Shown one piece after another: positions 17,154-29,966 of a DNA stretch of 64,000 bases (its first letter is position 1; each line of letters opens with the position of its first letter). The stretch is from NCBI GenBank assembly GCA_963728045.1, contig CAVSIE010000003.1, forward strand, positions 2,231 through 66,230, in the 5' to 3' direction. The DNA is from an uncultured Solirubrobacterales bacterium (GTDB lineage Bacteria > Actinomycetota > Thermoleophilia > Solirubrobacterales > 70-9). A program made the translations under genes and the position numbers. Below the pieces are notes generated by a model that had not been told where the DNA came from, did no database searches, and was given only the letters and a program-made list of their open reading frames with translations.

Positions 17154-17773
17154 TGGCCCGCGATACCTCTCCCCAGTGCAAGCAGTGCCGCCGCGAGGGC
17201 CAGAAGCTCTTCCTCAAGGGCGAGCGCTGCTTCACCGACAAGTGCGGGGTTGAGCGTCGCTCCTACCCGCCCGGCGACCACGGCCGCGGCCGCATGCGCC
17301 AGTCCGAGTACCGCGTGCAGCTGCGCGAGAAGCAGAAGACGCGCCGCTACTACCAGGTGCTGGAGAAGCAGTTCCGCGCTTACTACGACAAGGCCTCGCG
17401 CCAGGACGGCGTCACCGGCGAGAACCTGCTGCGCCTGCTCGAGTCGCGCTTCGACAACGTGCTCGTGCGCCTCGGCTTCGCCGCCTCGCGGCGCCAGGCC
17501 CGGCAGCTGATCCGCCACGGCCACTGGCTGATCAACGGCCGCCGCGTCGACATCCCCTCCTACCAAGTCCGTCCCGAGGACGTGATCTCGATCAAATCCG
17601 GCTCGGCCGCCAACGACACGATTCGGCGGGCAACCGAACTGGTTTCGACCGTGCCGGCCTGGCTGCAGGCCGACCACGATTCCCTTACCGCCAAGGTCCT
17701 GCGCTACCCGGAGCGCTCCGAGATCTCGGCCCCGGTGCAGGAGCAGCTGATCGTCGAGCTGTACTCCAAGTAA
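17153..17773 (+). CDS. rpsD: 30S ribosomal protein S4
   Basis: [30 protein letters not shown]... GTG overlaps the rpsK stop by 1 nt. Confidence 0.95.
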   Translation: MARDTSPQCKQCRREGQKLFLKGERCFTDKCGVERRSYPPGDHGRGRMRQSEYRVQLREKQKTRRYYQVLEKQFRAYYDKASRQDGVTGENLLRLLESRFDNVLVRLGFAASRRQARQLIRHGHWLINGRRVDIPSYQVRPEDVISIKSGSAANDTIRRATELVSTVPAWLQADHDSLTAKVLRYPERSEISAPVQEQLIVELYSK

Positions 17774-17809
17774 CCGGCCCCTATTCCGTAACACGCAACG
17801 AAGGAATCC

Positions 17810-18790
17810 ATGACCACTGACTTTCAGGTCCCCCGCATCAGCTCAGAGAAGGTGGACGATCGCCGCGGCACCTTCACCATCGAGCCCCTAGACAAGGGGT
17901 TCGGGTACACGTTCGGCAACAGCCTCCGCCGCGTCCTGCTCTCCTCGCTCGGCGGAGCTTCCATCACCAGTGTCCGCATCGAGGGGGTCGCGCACGAGTT
18001 CTCGACCGTGCCCGGCGTCAAGGAGGACGTCACCGACATCGTCCTGAACCTGAAGGACCTCGTCGTCCGCATGCACACCGACGCCGACGAGGTTGAGGCG
18101 CCGCTGGTGGCCACCGGCCCCGGCGAGGTCAAGGCCAAGGACATCGACCTGCCGTCGGGGGTGGAGATCCTCAACCCCGACGCGCCGATCGCGACGCTGG
18201 AGAAGAAAACCAAGCTCGAGGTCTACCTGACGATCGGCCGCGGTCGCGGCTACTCGGCGGCTGAAGACAACAAGTCGGACGACCAGCCGATCGGCGTGAT
18301 TCCGATCGACTCGATCTTCTCGCCGATCCGGCGCGCCTCTTACTCGGTCGACACCGCTCGCGTCGGTCAGCGCACCGACTTCGACAAACTGACTCTCGAC
18401 CTCGAGACCGACGGCTCGATCGAGCCGGGGGCGGCGCTGCGCGAAGCCTCCGAGATCCTGATCAAGAGCCTGGCGATCTTCACCGACGCCGACCGGGTCG
18501 AGGAACTGACCGCGCGTGATCCGGTCGTTTCCCACACCGCCGATGCGGTGGCCGGGCTCGCCGGCGAAGGGATCGCCGAAAGCAACGGGCTCGATGAGAT
18601 CCTGATCGAGGAGCTGGAGCTGGGCGTGCGCTCCTACAACTGCCTGAAGCGGGCGGGAGTGCAGACGGTCGGCGACCTGGTGCGGAAGTCCCGCGCCGAG
18701 CTGAACGCGATCCCCAACTTCGGCCAGAAGTCGATCGAGGAAGTGATCGAAACCCTCCAGTCCCGCGGCCTCGACCTGCAGCCGGACTAG
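17810..18790 (+). CDS. rpoA: DNA-directed RNA polymerase subunit alpha
   Basis: GFGYTFGNSLRRVLLSS in the N-terminal domain and ELELGVRSYNCLKRAG in the C-terminal domain. Confidence 0.95.
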   Translation: MTTDFQVPRISSEKVDDRRGTFTIEPLDKGFGYTFGNSLRRVLLSSLGGASITSVRIEGVAHEFSTVPGVKEDVTDIVLNLKDLVVRMHTDADEVEAPLVATGPGEVKAKDIDLPSGVEILNPDAPIATLEKKTKLEVYLTIGRGRGYSAAEDNKSDDQPIGVIPIDSIFSPIRRASYSVDTARVGQRTDFDKLTLDLETDGSIEPGAALREASEILIKSLAIFTDADRVEELTARDPVVSHTADAVAGLAGEGIAESNGLDEILIEELELGVRSYNCLKRAGVQTVGDLVRKSRAELNAIPNFGQKSIEEVIETLQSRGLDLQPD

Positions 18791-18821
18791 GAGCGCGAGG
18801 GAGCAGGGGAGAGCAGAGCCG

Positions 18822-19175
18822 ATGCGTCACCGCAAGAAGCGCAACAAGCTCAGTCGCGACGCGTCGCATCGCGAGTCGCTGCTCTCCAACCTCTGCAAGC
18901 AGCTGATCGACCACGAGCGGATCGAAACCAGCCAGGCCAAGGCGAAGGCGGTCAAGCCCGAGGTCGAGCAGCTGATCACGCTCGCCAAGCGGGGCGACCT
19001 GCACGCGCGGCGCCAGGCGCTGGCGACGCTGCACAACGACAAGTTCATCGTGCACAAGCTGTTCGAGGAGGTCGCGCCGCGGTATGTCGAGCGGCCGGGC
19101 GGGTACACCCGCATCGTCAAGTTGGGTCCGAGGCGTTCGGACTCGACTGAGATGGTTTATCTCGAGTTGGTGTAG
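18822..19175 (+). CDS. rplQ: 50S ribosomal protein L17
   Basis: MRHRKKRNKLSRDASHRESLLSNL..., a canonical L17. Confidence 0.95.
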   Translation: MRHRKKRNKLSRDASHRESLLSNLCKQLIDHERIETSQAKAKAVKPEVEQLITLAKRGDLHARRQALATLHNDKFIVHKLFEEVAPRYVERPGGYTRIVKLGPRRSDSTEMVYLELV

Positions 19176-19176
19176 G

Positions 19177-19267
19177 GGAGGCGGGATTTCCTCCCGCCCC
19201 GACAAGTGCCGCGCTAATTAGCGCGGCACTTTGAGTATCCGCCGGTTCGGGAGGAAATCCCGCCTCC
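19177..19267 (+). repeat. Nested-hairpin element, copy 1 (also a plausible bidirectional terminator for rplQ and truA)
   Basis: Perfect 20-bp outer stem (19177-19196 / 19248-19267). Perfect 28-bp inner palindrome (19204-19231). Unpaired CCCCGAC and TGAGTATCCGCCGGTT. Confidence 0.75.
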
Positions 19268-19288
19268 ATCACTCACAAGCGAACCCGC

Positions 19289-20023
19289 CTAGTCGTAGTT
19301 GACTGACTCCAGGTACAAGCCGTGCGGGGGTGCTGTGTCGCCGGCTGCTGACCTAGGTGCGCCGGCTAGGAGCTGGGTGAAGTCCTCGACTGTGCGTCTT
19401 CCGGAAGCTGCTTCGAGCATGGTGCCTACTAGGGCGCGGACCATGTTGCGCATGAAGGCGTCGGCGGTGATGCGGAAGGAGAGGATGTCGCCTTCGGCGG
19501 TCCAGGCTGCGGTGAGGACGTCGCGGTCGAAGCGGACGTGGTCGGTCTGGGTCGGGGTGAAGGCGGTGAAGTCGTGCGTGCCGATGAGAGCCTCCGCGCA
19601 GGCGTCAAGGGCGTCGCGGTCGACGCGGTGCGGCCACCAGAGCGCGCGACCCTGCTCAAAGGGGCTCGGGGTGCTCCGCGCGAGCACGCGGTAGCGGTAG
19701 CTCCGAGACTTCGCGCCGCGCCGGGCGTCGAAACCATCCGCTACGACCGCAGCCGTGGTGACCGCGATGTCGTCGGGCCCGACCCCGTTCAACCGCCGTG
19801 CCAAATCCCCCGGCACCTCCGCTTCCGTCTCGAAGCTGGCCACCTGCCCCAGCGCATGCACCCCTGCATCGGTCCTCCCGGCCACGGTCAGCTGCACGGA
19901 TGCGCGCAGCACTGTCTCCAGCGCCGCCTCCAGCTCCCCCTGCACCGTCCGCAGCCCAGGCTGAGCCGCCCAGCCTCGGAATCTGCTTCCGTCATATTCG
20001 ACGTCGAGCCTTACGGTTGGCAC
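19289..20023 (-). CDS. truA: tRNA pseudouridine(38-40) synthase TruA
   Basis: VRLDVEYDGSRFRGWAAQPG...GRTDAGVHALGQV...FMRNMVR. GTG 20023 is chosen as the start, and the ORF-track N-terminal extension that crosses the repeat is rejected. Confidence 0.85.
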   Translation of the reverse strand: MPTVRLDVEYDGSRFRGWAAQPGLRTVQGELEAALETVLRASVQLTVAGRTDAGVHALGQVASFETEAEVPGDLARRLNGVGPDDIAVTTAAVVADGFDARRGAKSRSYRYRVLARSTPSPFEQGRALWWPHRVDRDALDACAEALIGTHDFTAFTPTQTDHVRFDRDVLTAAWTAEGDILSFRITADAFMRNMVRALVGTMLEAASGRRTVEDFTQLLAGAPRSAAGDTAPPHGLYLESVNYD

Positions 20024-20051
20024 GGGGCAGCAGTATGCAGCGACCGTGATA

Positions 20052-20144
20052 GCGACGCGGGGGACCTCCCGAACCGGCGGATACTCAAAGTCGTCGCGCC
20101 CATAAGCGCGACGACTTGTCGGGGCGGGAGGTCCCCCGCGTCGC
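20052..20144 (-). repeat. Nested-hairpin element, copy 2 (inverted relative to copy 1)
   Basis: Perfect 20-bp outer stem (20052-20071 / 20125-20144). 12-bp inner stem within 20088-20117. The same unpaired CCCCGAC and TGAGTATCCGCCGGTT blocks are present on the minus strand. Confidence 0.75.
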
Positions 20145-20181
20145 CCACGCGCGCGGGGCGAGGGATGCCCGCCCCGCCGCC

Positions 20182-20187
20182 TAGAAT
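20182..20187 (+). promoter_or_regulatory. Possible -10 box (TAGAAT) for a leaderless surE transcript
   Basis: TAGAAT lies 7 nt upstream of the surE ATG, and there is no Shine-Dalgarno sequence between them. Confidence 0.3.
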
Positions 20188-20194
20188 CGCTTCC

Positions 20195-23025
<2,831 letters not shown>

Positions 23026-23073
23026 CACATTCGGCGCGCCACGTATGCGTCGCGCTCCGTCAGGGTCCTCGGC

Positions 23074-23298
23074 ATGGAGCTTGCACAGATCGGACCCTTG
23101 ACATCTGCCTTCGAGACGACAGCGACGGCGGTTGGCGCTGGGATCGTTCTCGGTGGCTTTACCTTTGGAACTGCCCGCCATCTGGCCGGTTGGCCTCGCA
23201 AGGCGCTGGAGGCGCGTGTCCTCACGGATGGCTACGTCGGCGGTGTCGTCGGGGTAGTCGTGATCGTTGGGGACCTGATCCTGCGGTATGGTCTCTGA
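23074..23298 (+). CDS. Hypothetical small membrane protein
   Basis: 74 aa with two hydrophobic segments, in a stretch visibly lower in G+C than its flanks. Confidence 0.3.
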   Translation: MELAQIGPLTSAFETTATAVGAGIVLGGFTFGTARHLAGWPRKALEARVLTDGYVGGVVGVVVIVGDLILRYGL

Positions 23299-23321
23299 AA
23301 TGAGTTGTCTGCGAGGCCATC

Positions 23322-23537
23322 GTGAGCAAGCATAACTTTCGTTACGCAAATATCGGCATCGCCGTTGCGGCAGCGATTATCTGGGGTGGGGTGATCCTCT
23401 TCAGGAACTCCGAAGCGGCGATTCAGGCAGTCGGGCTGATTGGGTTCTGTTCGGCGTTCGTCGTCTACCACGTGCTCGACGAGAGGGCGTGTCGACGAGA
23501 GGGCATTTCGACACGAGAGGAAAAGCGCCCTCAGTAG
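23322..23537 (+). CDS. Hypothetical small membrane protein
   Basis: 71 aa with two hydrophobic segments. Confidence 0.3.
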   Translation: MSKHNFRYANIGIAVAAAIIWGGVILFRNSEAAIQAVGLIGFCSAFVVYHVLDERACRREGISTREEKRPQ

Positions 23538-24770
23538 CTGGCGATCGCGGCGGCGATGCGGTCCTGTTCGAGGTGGGCGCGGCCGAGGTCGTCGACGCTG
23601 CCCATCAGGATCGAGAAGATCATCACCTTGCCGCTGCGGTTGAAGCAGTAGCCGGAGAGGTTGCTGACCCCGGTCAGGGTGCCGGTCTTGACCCGGCAGC
23701 GGCCGGCGGCGGCGGTGCCGTCGATGCGCGAGGCGACGGTGCCCTCGCGCCGGTCAGGGCGAGCGACTGGATGAAGTCGTCGCCGATCTCCTCGCCTCGC
23801 ATCGACTGCAGGAAGCGGACGACCGCCGAGCGGCGAGGCGCGGTTGGAGCGGGTCAGGCCGGAGCCGTCGACGGCACGGACGCTGACTCCATGCTCGCGG
23901 GCGAAGCGCTCGACCACCGCCGCCCCGGCGGCGGTGGTGCCGGCGCTGCCGAAGTGGGCGCCGATCAGCTTCAGCAGCATCTCGGCGAAGAAGTTGTTGG
24001 AGTAGACGTTGGTCGCGTTGGCGAGCTGGGAGATGTTGGGGGAGCGGACGACCGCGAGCGTCTGTGCGTCCGTGGGGGCGGCCCGCAGCGCCACCTGGGG
24101 CGCGATCTGAACGCCGGCGCCTCGCAGCGAGCGGGCGAGCTTGCGGTCGCGACCTTGGCCGGGTCGGAGGCGAAGCTGCTGCCGCTGGAGCTGCTGTAGC
24201 CGGAGTTGAACGAGAGGCCCGAGAGGGGGCCGATGTAGGGGCTGGTCGCGTAGCCCGAGTCGGCGACGCCGCGCAGGCGGTCGAAGATCGTGTCGTCGGC
24301 GTAGAGGCGGCCGGTGACCGTGCGCACGCCCGCCGCGCGCAGCTGACGCCTTGAGCGCGAAGAGGTTGGTGCCGAGGCCGCCGAGGAAGCGGCCGTAGAA
24401 GGCGGGTGTGCCCAGCGCCGGGTCGCCGCCGCCCTGCAGGTAGAGGTTGCCGTGCAGGACGCCGTTGAGGTCGATGACCCCGTCGCTGAGGACTTTGGTC
24501 GCGATTCGCGTCGCGGCCCGAAGCGGGCGAGCGCCGTCGCCGTCGTGAACATCTTCATGTTCGAGGCCAGCGGCCGCGGCGTGCTTGCCGCCCGCGCGCA
24601 GAGGACCTCGCCGCTTTCGGCGTTGATCACGAAGAGCCCGCTGGCCGACCGCCGCCGCGGAGCAGCCGCGATTTCAGCGCTGCCGCAGAAATCGCCGCCG
24701 GGGCCGTCGCCGGCGAAAACGCGAGAACGGCGGCGACGAACGCGGCGAGTAGCGCGAGCGCCCGTCTCAT
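23531..24770 (-). pseudogene. D-Ala-D-Ala carboxypeptidase/endopeptidase (PBP4/S13, DacB-like) with multiple frameshifts
   Basis: ATG 24770 gives the signal peptide MRRALALLAAFVAAVLAF. S13-like segments are spread over all three frames: VINAESGEVL..PASNMKMFTT, KVLSDGVIDLNGVLHGNLYLQGGGDP, VTGRLYADD, LRAAPTDAQTLAVVRSP, DGSGLTRSNRASP, RVKTGTLTGVSNLSGY. I traced about six frame changes. Confidence 0.7.
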
Positions 24771-24785
24771 CTGCCTGAGATAATC

Positions 24786-26045
24786 ATGTTTATGGGCAAA
24801 GTTGTGGACCTCGAGCGAAGTTCTCGCCGAAACGCGGCCGAAGCCGCAAACGCCCCTCGAAGACCGCGCTCGTGCTCGGCGGCGGCGGCTTCACCGGCGG
24901 CGTCTACGAGATCGGCGCCCTGCGCGCCCTCGACCTGCTCGCGGTCAACAGCACCGTCAACGACTTCGACGTCTACGTCGGCACCAGCGCCGGCTCCTTC
25001 GTCGCCGGGATGCTCGCCAACGGCGTCACGCCCGATGAGATGATGCAGGTGATCAACAAGCGCGTGCCCTCGGAGCTCGAGGACCTCGACCTCGGCAAGG
25101 TGCTGAGGCCCAACTACCTCGGCTTCCTGCAGAAGGCGGCGATGCTGCCGCTGCGCACCGCGGAGCTGGCGCGCAATCTGGTGCGGATGGGCGAGTTCTC
25201 GGCGATCGACATCGGCGTCGGCCTCGCCGAGGCGCTGCCGACCGGCTTCTACTCGGGCAGCGGGATCTCCGACTACGTCGAGCGGTCGCTGGCCGACGCC
25301 GACGGCACCAACGACTTCCGCCTGCTCGAGAAGGAGCTCTACCTGACCGCCACCGACCTCGACACCTGCGAGCGGATCGTCTTCGGCGAGGAGGGCTGGG
25401 CCGACGTGCCGATCTCGAAGGCGGTCGAGTGCTCGACCACGCTGCCGATCGTCTACAAGCCGGTCGACCTGAAGGGCCGCCAGCTGATCGACGGCGGCAT
25501 CCGCTCGACCACCAACGTCGACATCGCGGTCGAGAAGGGCGCCAAGTTCATCGTCGTCGTCAACCCGCTGGTCCCCTTCGTCAACGACTTCGAGAAGACG
25601 ATCCCGACCGTCTTCGGCACCCGCGTGCGGCGCGTCTCCGACATGGGCCTGCCGGCGATCGCCAACCAGACCTTCCGGCTGATCGCCCACGCCCGCCTGC
25701 ACCAGGCGGTCGAGCAGTGGCGAAGAGAGCTACCCGGGCGTCGACATCATCCTGATCGAGCCCGAGCCCAACGACGAGCTGATGTTCGGCACGCCGATCA
25801 TGGACTACTCGCGGCGCCTGCGGATCGCCCGCCACGGCTTCGAGTCGGTCACCGCCACGCTGGCCCAGGACTACGACCGCTACAAGGAGATCGCCGAGCG
25901 CCACGGCCTCGAGATCTCCGAGCGCCGCGTCCGCCGCGTGGTCGAGCGGGCCGCCGAAGAGGAGCCCGAGCAGACCTCGGCCTGGCGGCGCGTGCTGGAG
26001 CAGACGACCTCGACCCTGCTGCGCCAGTCCGGCGAGGCCTCCTAG
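24786..26045 (+). pseudogene. Patatin-like phospholipase with two apparent frameshifts (about 24850-24871 and 25720-25730)
   Basis: It contains the VLGGGGFTGGVYEIGAL oxyanion motif and the GTSAGS nucleophile motif. The N-terminus MFMGKVVDLERS... and the C-terminus ...SYPGVDIILIEPEPNDELMFGTPIMDY... are in other frames. The first shift coincides with a CCCC run. Confidence 0.65.
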
Positions 26046-26144
26046 CCCCCCCGACCGGCACAGCCGGCTGTCTACGCGAGTCGTGCAGCTCGTCGAGCTT
26101 GTCTCTACTCAGCTTCGAGCGTAGAGCTGTGGCCTTGCAGCCGC

Positions 26145-27927
26145 CTAGCTCGCGTAGAGCTGCTCGATCTCCGGCTCGTGCTTGCTGGCGACGACCGCGC
26201 GCTTGACCTTCAGCGTCGGGGTCAGCTCGCCGGCTTCCTGGGAGAGGTCGCGGGGCAGGATCGCGATCTTCTTCACCTGCTCGACCCGGGCGAACTTCTC
26301 GTTGATCGTCTCCACGTGGTCTTCGATCGCCTTGCGGATCTCGTCGTTGGCGGCGAGCTGCTCGGGGTCCTCGGGCAGGCCGTGCTCCTTGGCGTAGGCG
26401 ACGACCTCTTCGGGGTCGAGCGTGACCAGCGCGACCAGGTAGGGCCGACGGTCGCCGACGACCACGCACTGGGAGACGAGCGGGTGCTGCTTGATCTCGT
26501 TCTCGAGGTTGGCGGGGGTGATGTTCTTGCCGCCCGCGGTGATGATGATGTCCTTCTTGCGGCCGGTGATCTTGATGAAGCCGTCCGAGTCGATCTCGCC
26601 GATGTCGCCGGTGTGCAGCCAGCCGTCGACGATCGTCTCGCGGGTCGCCTCCTCGTTCTTGTAGTAGCCCTGGAAGACGTTCGGGCCCTTGACCAGGATC
26701 TCGCCGTCCTCGGCGATCCTGACCTCGCAGCCCGGGAAGGGTTTGCCGATCGTGCCGACCTTGAAGTCGTCGGGGGAGGAGATCGTCGCCGCGGTCGAGG
26801 TCTCGGTCATCCCCCAGCCCTCGAGCACGAGGACGCCGGCGGCGTCGAAGAAGCTGAGGATCTCTGGGTTGATCGGCGCCGCGCCGGAGACCGCGAGGCG
26901 CAGGTTGCCGCCGAAGAGGCCGCGGATCTTGGAGAGCACCTGCTTGTCGGCGAAGTCGTACTGCTTGCGCAGCAGGAAGCCCGGCTGGCGGCCGCTGCGT
27001 TCGGCTGCGCGCATCTTCTTGCCGACGCCGATCGCCCAGTTGAAGATGGCCTTCTTCAGGCCGCCCTCTTTCTCGATGGCGCTGGTCGCGGCGGTGTAGA
27101 TCTTCTCGAAGATGCGCGGCACCGAGGGGAAGTAGGTCGGTTTCAGCTCGGCCAGGTTGGGCATGATCTTCAGCGGGTCGCGCTCCCAGTAGGCGAGCGT
27201 GGCGCCGAGGTCGAAGCTGCCGAGCTGGATCAGCAGGGCGAAGGAGTGGGCGAGGGGCAGGTAGAGGTAGGTGAGGTCTTCGTCTTCGATGACGCTGGTC
27301 TCGTTGACCATGTCGAGCATCGCCCGGTAGTTGCCGTGGGTGATGACGCAGCCCTTCGGCGGGCCGGTCGTGCCCGAGGTGTAGATGAAGGTGCAGATGT
27401 CCTCGGGGGTGACCGAGCTCCAGCGCGCCTCCCACTCGGCGGCGTCGCGGCCGGCGCCGCGGCTTCGCCAGGTCCTCGAACGAGATCGCGTCGTCGCTGG
27501 CGCCGGTCATCCGCACCACGTGCTCGAGCAGCGGCAGCTGGTCGCGGACCGCGCGGATCTTCTCCAGCTGCTCGTCGTCCTCGACGACGACGACCTTGGC
27601 GTCGGAGTTCTCCAGCACGTACTGGCACTCCTCGGGGGAGTTGGTCTGGTAGATCGGGACGACGATGGCGCCCGCCGAGAGCGCGGCGAAGTCGAAGTAG
27701 GTCCACTCCGGCCGGGTGTTGGCGAGGATCGAGACCTTGTCGCCCTTCTCGACGCCGAGGTCGATCAGGCCGAGCGAGAGCGAGCGGACCGTCTCGCGGA
27801 CCTCGTCGAAGCTGCGGCTGACCCAGTCGTCGTCCTCCTTGTAGCGGACGGCCGGCGCGGCGCCGTAGATCTCTGCCGCGCGCGGCAGCAGATCGGCCAG
27901 CGTCTTCGAGTTGGTTCCCCTCTCCAT
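26145..27927 (-). pseudogene. Long-chain acyl-CoA synthetase (AMP-dependent ligase, FadD-like) with one frameshift near 27460-27465
   Basis: The N-terminal part reads in the 27927 frame up to ...ISFEDLAK. The AMP-binding motif IYTSGTTGPPKGCVITH and the rest (TGDIG, GGKNI) are in the frame of ORF 26145-27320. Confidence 0.75.
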
Positions 27928-27940
27928 GCGGGGAGGAAGT

Positions 27941-28135
27941 CTAGTTGCTGGTTACGCGGCTTGGGTACGTCGTCGGGGCGTTCTTCGGCAGGCTGCGCAG
28001 CGAGGACTCGAAGAGGGACTTGTCGATGCGGCCGTGGAAGATCGGGACGCCCATCTCCATGCACTTGCCGATCACCTCCTGCCGCTTCATGTGCAGCTCG
28101 TCGGCAAGCTCGGAGGGGGTGAGGTGATTGGCCAC
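27941..28135 (-). CDS. Small hypothetical protein (IF2_N-like / HTH-like)
   Basis: GTG 28135 is preceded by GGGAGG. LTPSELADELHMKRQEVIGKCMEMGVPI resembles IF2 N-terminal-type motifs. Confidence 0.4.
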   Translation of the reverse strand: MANHLTPSELADELHMKRQEVIGKCMEMGVPIFHGRIDKSLFESSLRSLPKNAPTTYPSRVTSN

Positions 28136-28288
28136 TGGCGGACCTCCCGGGTAGTCGAAATCGGGTAGTGAGATATTTACCCCGGATCGGCGGACGTGTC
28201 AATCGCCAGCATCGCAGCTTGCGGAGATCGGCGGGCGAGGGATCGCGATAATGCCCGATGCGCTGTCCGAGACTGAGCCGTCGACGCC

Positions 28289-28998
28289 GTGCCCCGCCGC
28301 GGCCGCATCTGGGTCATCCTCGTCCTCGCCCTGGCCGTCGCCGCGCTCGGCTACGCGATCGTCGAGCATCTCCACCCGGGAGGCCGGCCCGCAGCGTGGT
28401 CCATGTCGCCGGCATCGCCGACGCCCAGCGGCTCTTCGGCGGCGTGCCGCAGGAAGGCGACCGGGTCGGCTCCGCCGACGCGCCGGTCTCGATCCAGGTC
28501 TTCAACGACGTGCAGTGCTCGAGCTGCCGCGCCGACTTCCTGGCGACGATTCCCGTCTCTTGTCGAAGGCTACGTCCGGCCCGGCGACGTGAAGCTGCTG
28601 ATGCGCCACTACTCGGTCGCCCGCAACCCGCTGGAGCTCGGCTTCTTCGGCGCCGAGGCCGCGGCGCGCCAGGGCTACGGCTGGCAGTACACCTACCTCT
28701 TCTTCCGCAACCAGGACGAGGCCGAGCGCTTCGGGATCGACGAAGAGCTCATGGACTCGCTGGCCGGATCCGATCGGCGAACTCGAGCGTGCCGGAGTGG
28801 AAGGAGACCCTCGATCGCGAAGGGGAGGCGCGGACGGGCCGATCGCCGAGCAGCTCGAAGGCTATGCGGAGCTGGGCGACGAGCTCGGAATCCGCACCGG
28901 CCGGCGCGATGATCGTCAACGGCCCGGGCGGCACCCGCACGCTTCAGGACGGCCCGAGCCTGGCCCAGATCGAACGGGCGATCGCCGAAGTCGAGTGA
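28289..28998 (+). pseudogene. DsbA-family thiol:disulfide oxidoreductase with several frameshifts
   Basis: The TM anchor is in one frame. APVSIQVFNDVQCSSCRADF (CxxC) is in a second frame. YVRPGDVKLLMRHYSV... is back in the first. VPEWKETLD, DGPIAEQLEGYAELGDELGIRTG and MIVNGPGGTRTL alternate frames. Confidence 0.55.
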
Positions 28999-29044
28999 AG
29001 GCGCGAGCTGGCTGCGCCGCTCGTCTGGGATAATCGCGCCCTCT

Positions 29045-29118
29045 CGGGGCGTGGCGCAGCCTGGTAGCGCGCACCGTTCGGGTCGGTGAGGTCCCCGGTT
29101 CAAATCCGGGCGCCCCGA
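29045..29118 (+). tRNA. tRNA-Pro (anticodon CGG)
   Basis: Full 74-nt cloverleaf traced by hand: acceptor CGGGGCG/CGCCCCG, D stem GCGC/GCGC, anticodon stem CACCG/CGGTG with loop TTCGGGT, T arm CCCGG-TTCAAAT-CCGGG. No encoded CCA. Confidence 0.9.
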
Positions 29119-29124
29119 TGCTTC

Positions 29125-29481
29125 TCACCGCATCGCTCTATGTGAGCTGTTCCTCTCCATAGCAACGGCACGCTGCTTTGCCGCAGCGGCGTGAGCATCG
29201 GCTTGCTCCAGGTGAAGCTGCGCGAGCGTTCGGAGGAGAGCAATCAATGAGTGAGCGAAACGAACCTTATAGGGGCCGTGACTTCGCTCTCGCGATACAA
29301 GTCCAGCATTTGAGAGCTGGGCCATGTGCTTGCTCATCGTTCCCGAATTAATCCCAAAGGTTGAAGTCAAGGCCTTCTGTGTCGCTGGCTTCTCTAGAAG
29401 CTTGCTCATGATTTCTAGTCGGAGGGGGTCTGCAAGGGCGAGCAAGACCTTGACTTCGTTTTGGGAGCTTATGTCGCTCAT
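29125..29481 (-). CDS. ArsR-family winged-helix transcriptional regulator
   Basis: LLALADPLRLEIMSKLLEKPATQKALTSTFGINSGTMSKHMAQLSNAGLV. Codon usage is AT-rich compared with the flanks. Confidence 0.65.
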   Translation of the reverse strand: MSDISSQNEVKVLLALADPLRLEIMSKLLEKPATQKALTSTFGINSGTMSKHMAQLSNAGLVSRERSHGPYKVRFAHSLIALLRTLAQLHLEQADAHAAAAKQRAVAMERNSSHRAMR

Positions 29482-29557
29482 AGCTTCAATTCTTCAATTA
29501 TTGCAGATTTTGAATTTTGGAAAACGCTGCTTTTAAAAACTGCTATCTTGACAAAGA

Positions 29558-29920
29558 ATGGGTTTTGATCTCCGCATCTTTGCCTTGCTATCCGAGGAGC
29601 CCTATGCAGATCTCTTGCAGATCCTGCTGCAAGAAGGAGAGCTGAATCAAAAGGAGATAGCTGAACGAATCGGGTCCGGGATGCCGTTGCTAGCTCGCCG
29701 CCTGTCTGAGCTCGAGTCGGTTGGGCTGATAGGTCGCATGAGTTCAGGGCGGTCGTACGTAGTTCTGCACCCGGAGCGCACAGCTACTCTCCTACGGGCT
29801 GCAGCCGATCTGGCAAGTGAGGTTCTCGGCCGCCAGGCAGCGGAAGCTGTACGGCGCTCCGAGCGTCTCAGCAGGACCCTCAAGCCCGACGAGGGCCGCA
29901 CCAAAATCGAGCCCTGGTAG
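29558..29920 (+). CDS. Winged-helix (ArsR/MarR-like) regulator
   Basis: LLQILLQEGELNQKEIAERIGSGMPLLARRLSELESVGLI. It is divergent from the ArsR-like gene across an AT-rich spacer. Confidence 0.5.
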   Translation: MGFDLRIFALLSEEPYADLLQILLQEGELNQKEIAERIGSGMPLLARRLSELESVGLIGRMSSGRSYVVLHPERTATLLRAAADLASEVLGRQAAEAVRRSERLSRTLKPDEGRTKIEPW

Positions 29921-29966
29921 AGACGTTGCGGCCGATTTCAACCCCAGAACTTGAGCATCGGCTCTG

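Noticed and set aside
25849-27927. 692-aa minus-strand ORF as one intact protein
   Set aside because: Only its first about 155 codons are FadD-like, and the rest is Arg/Pro-rich out-of-frame sequence. The true C-terminal two-thirds is ORF 26145-27320 in another frame.
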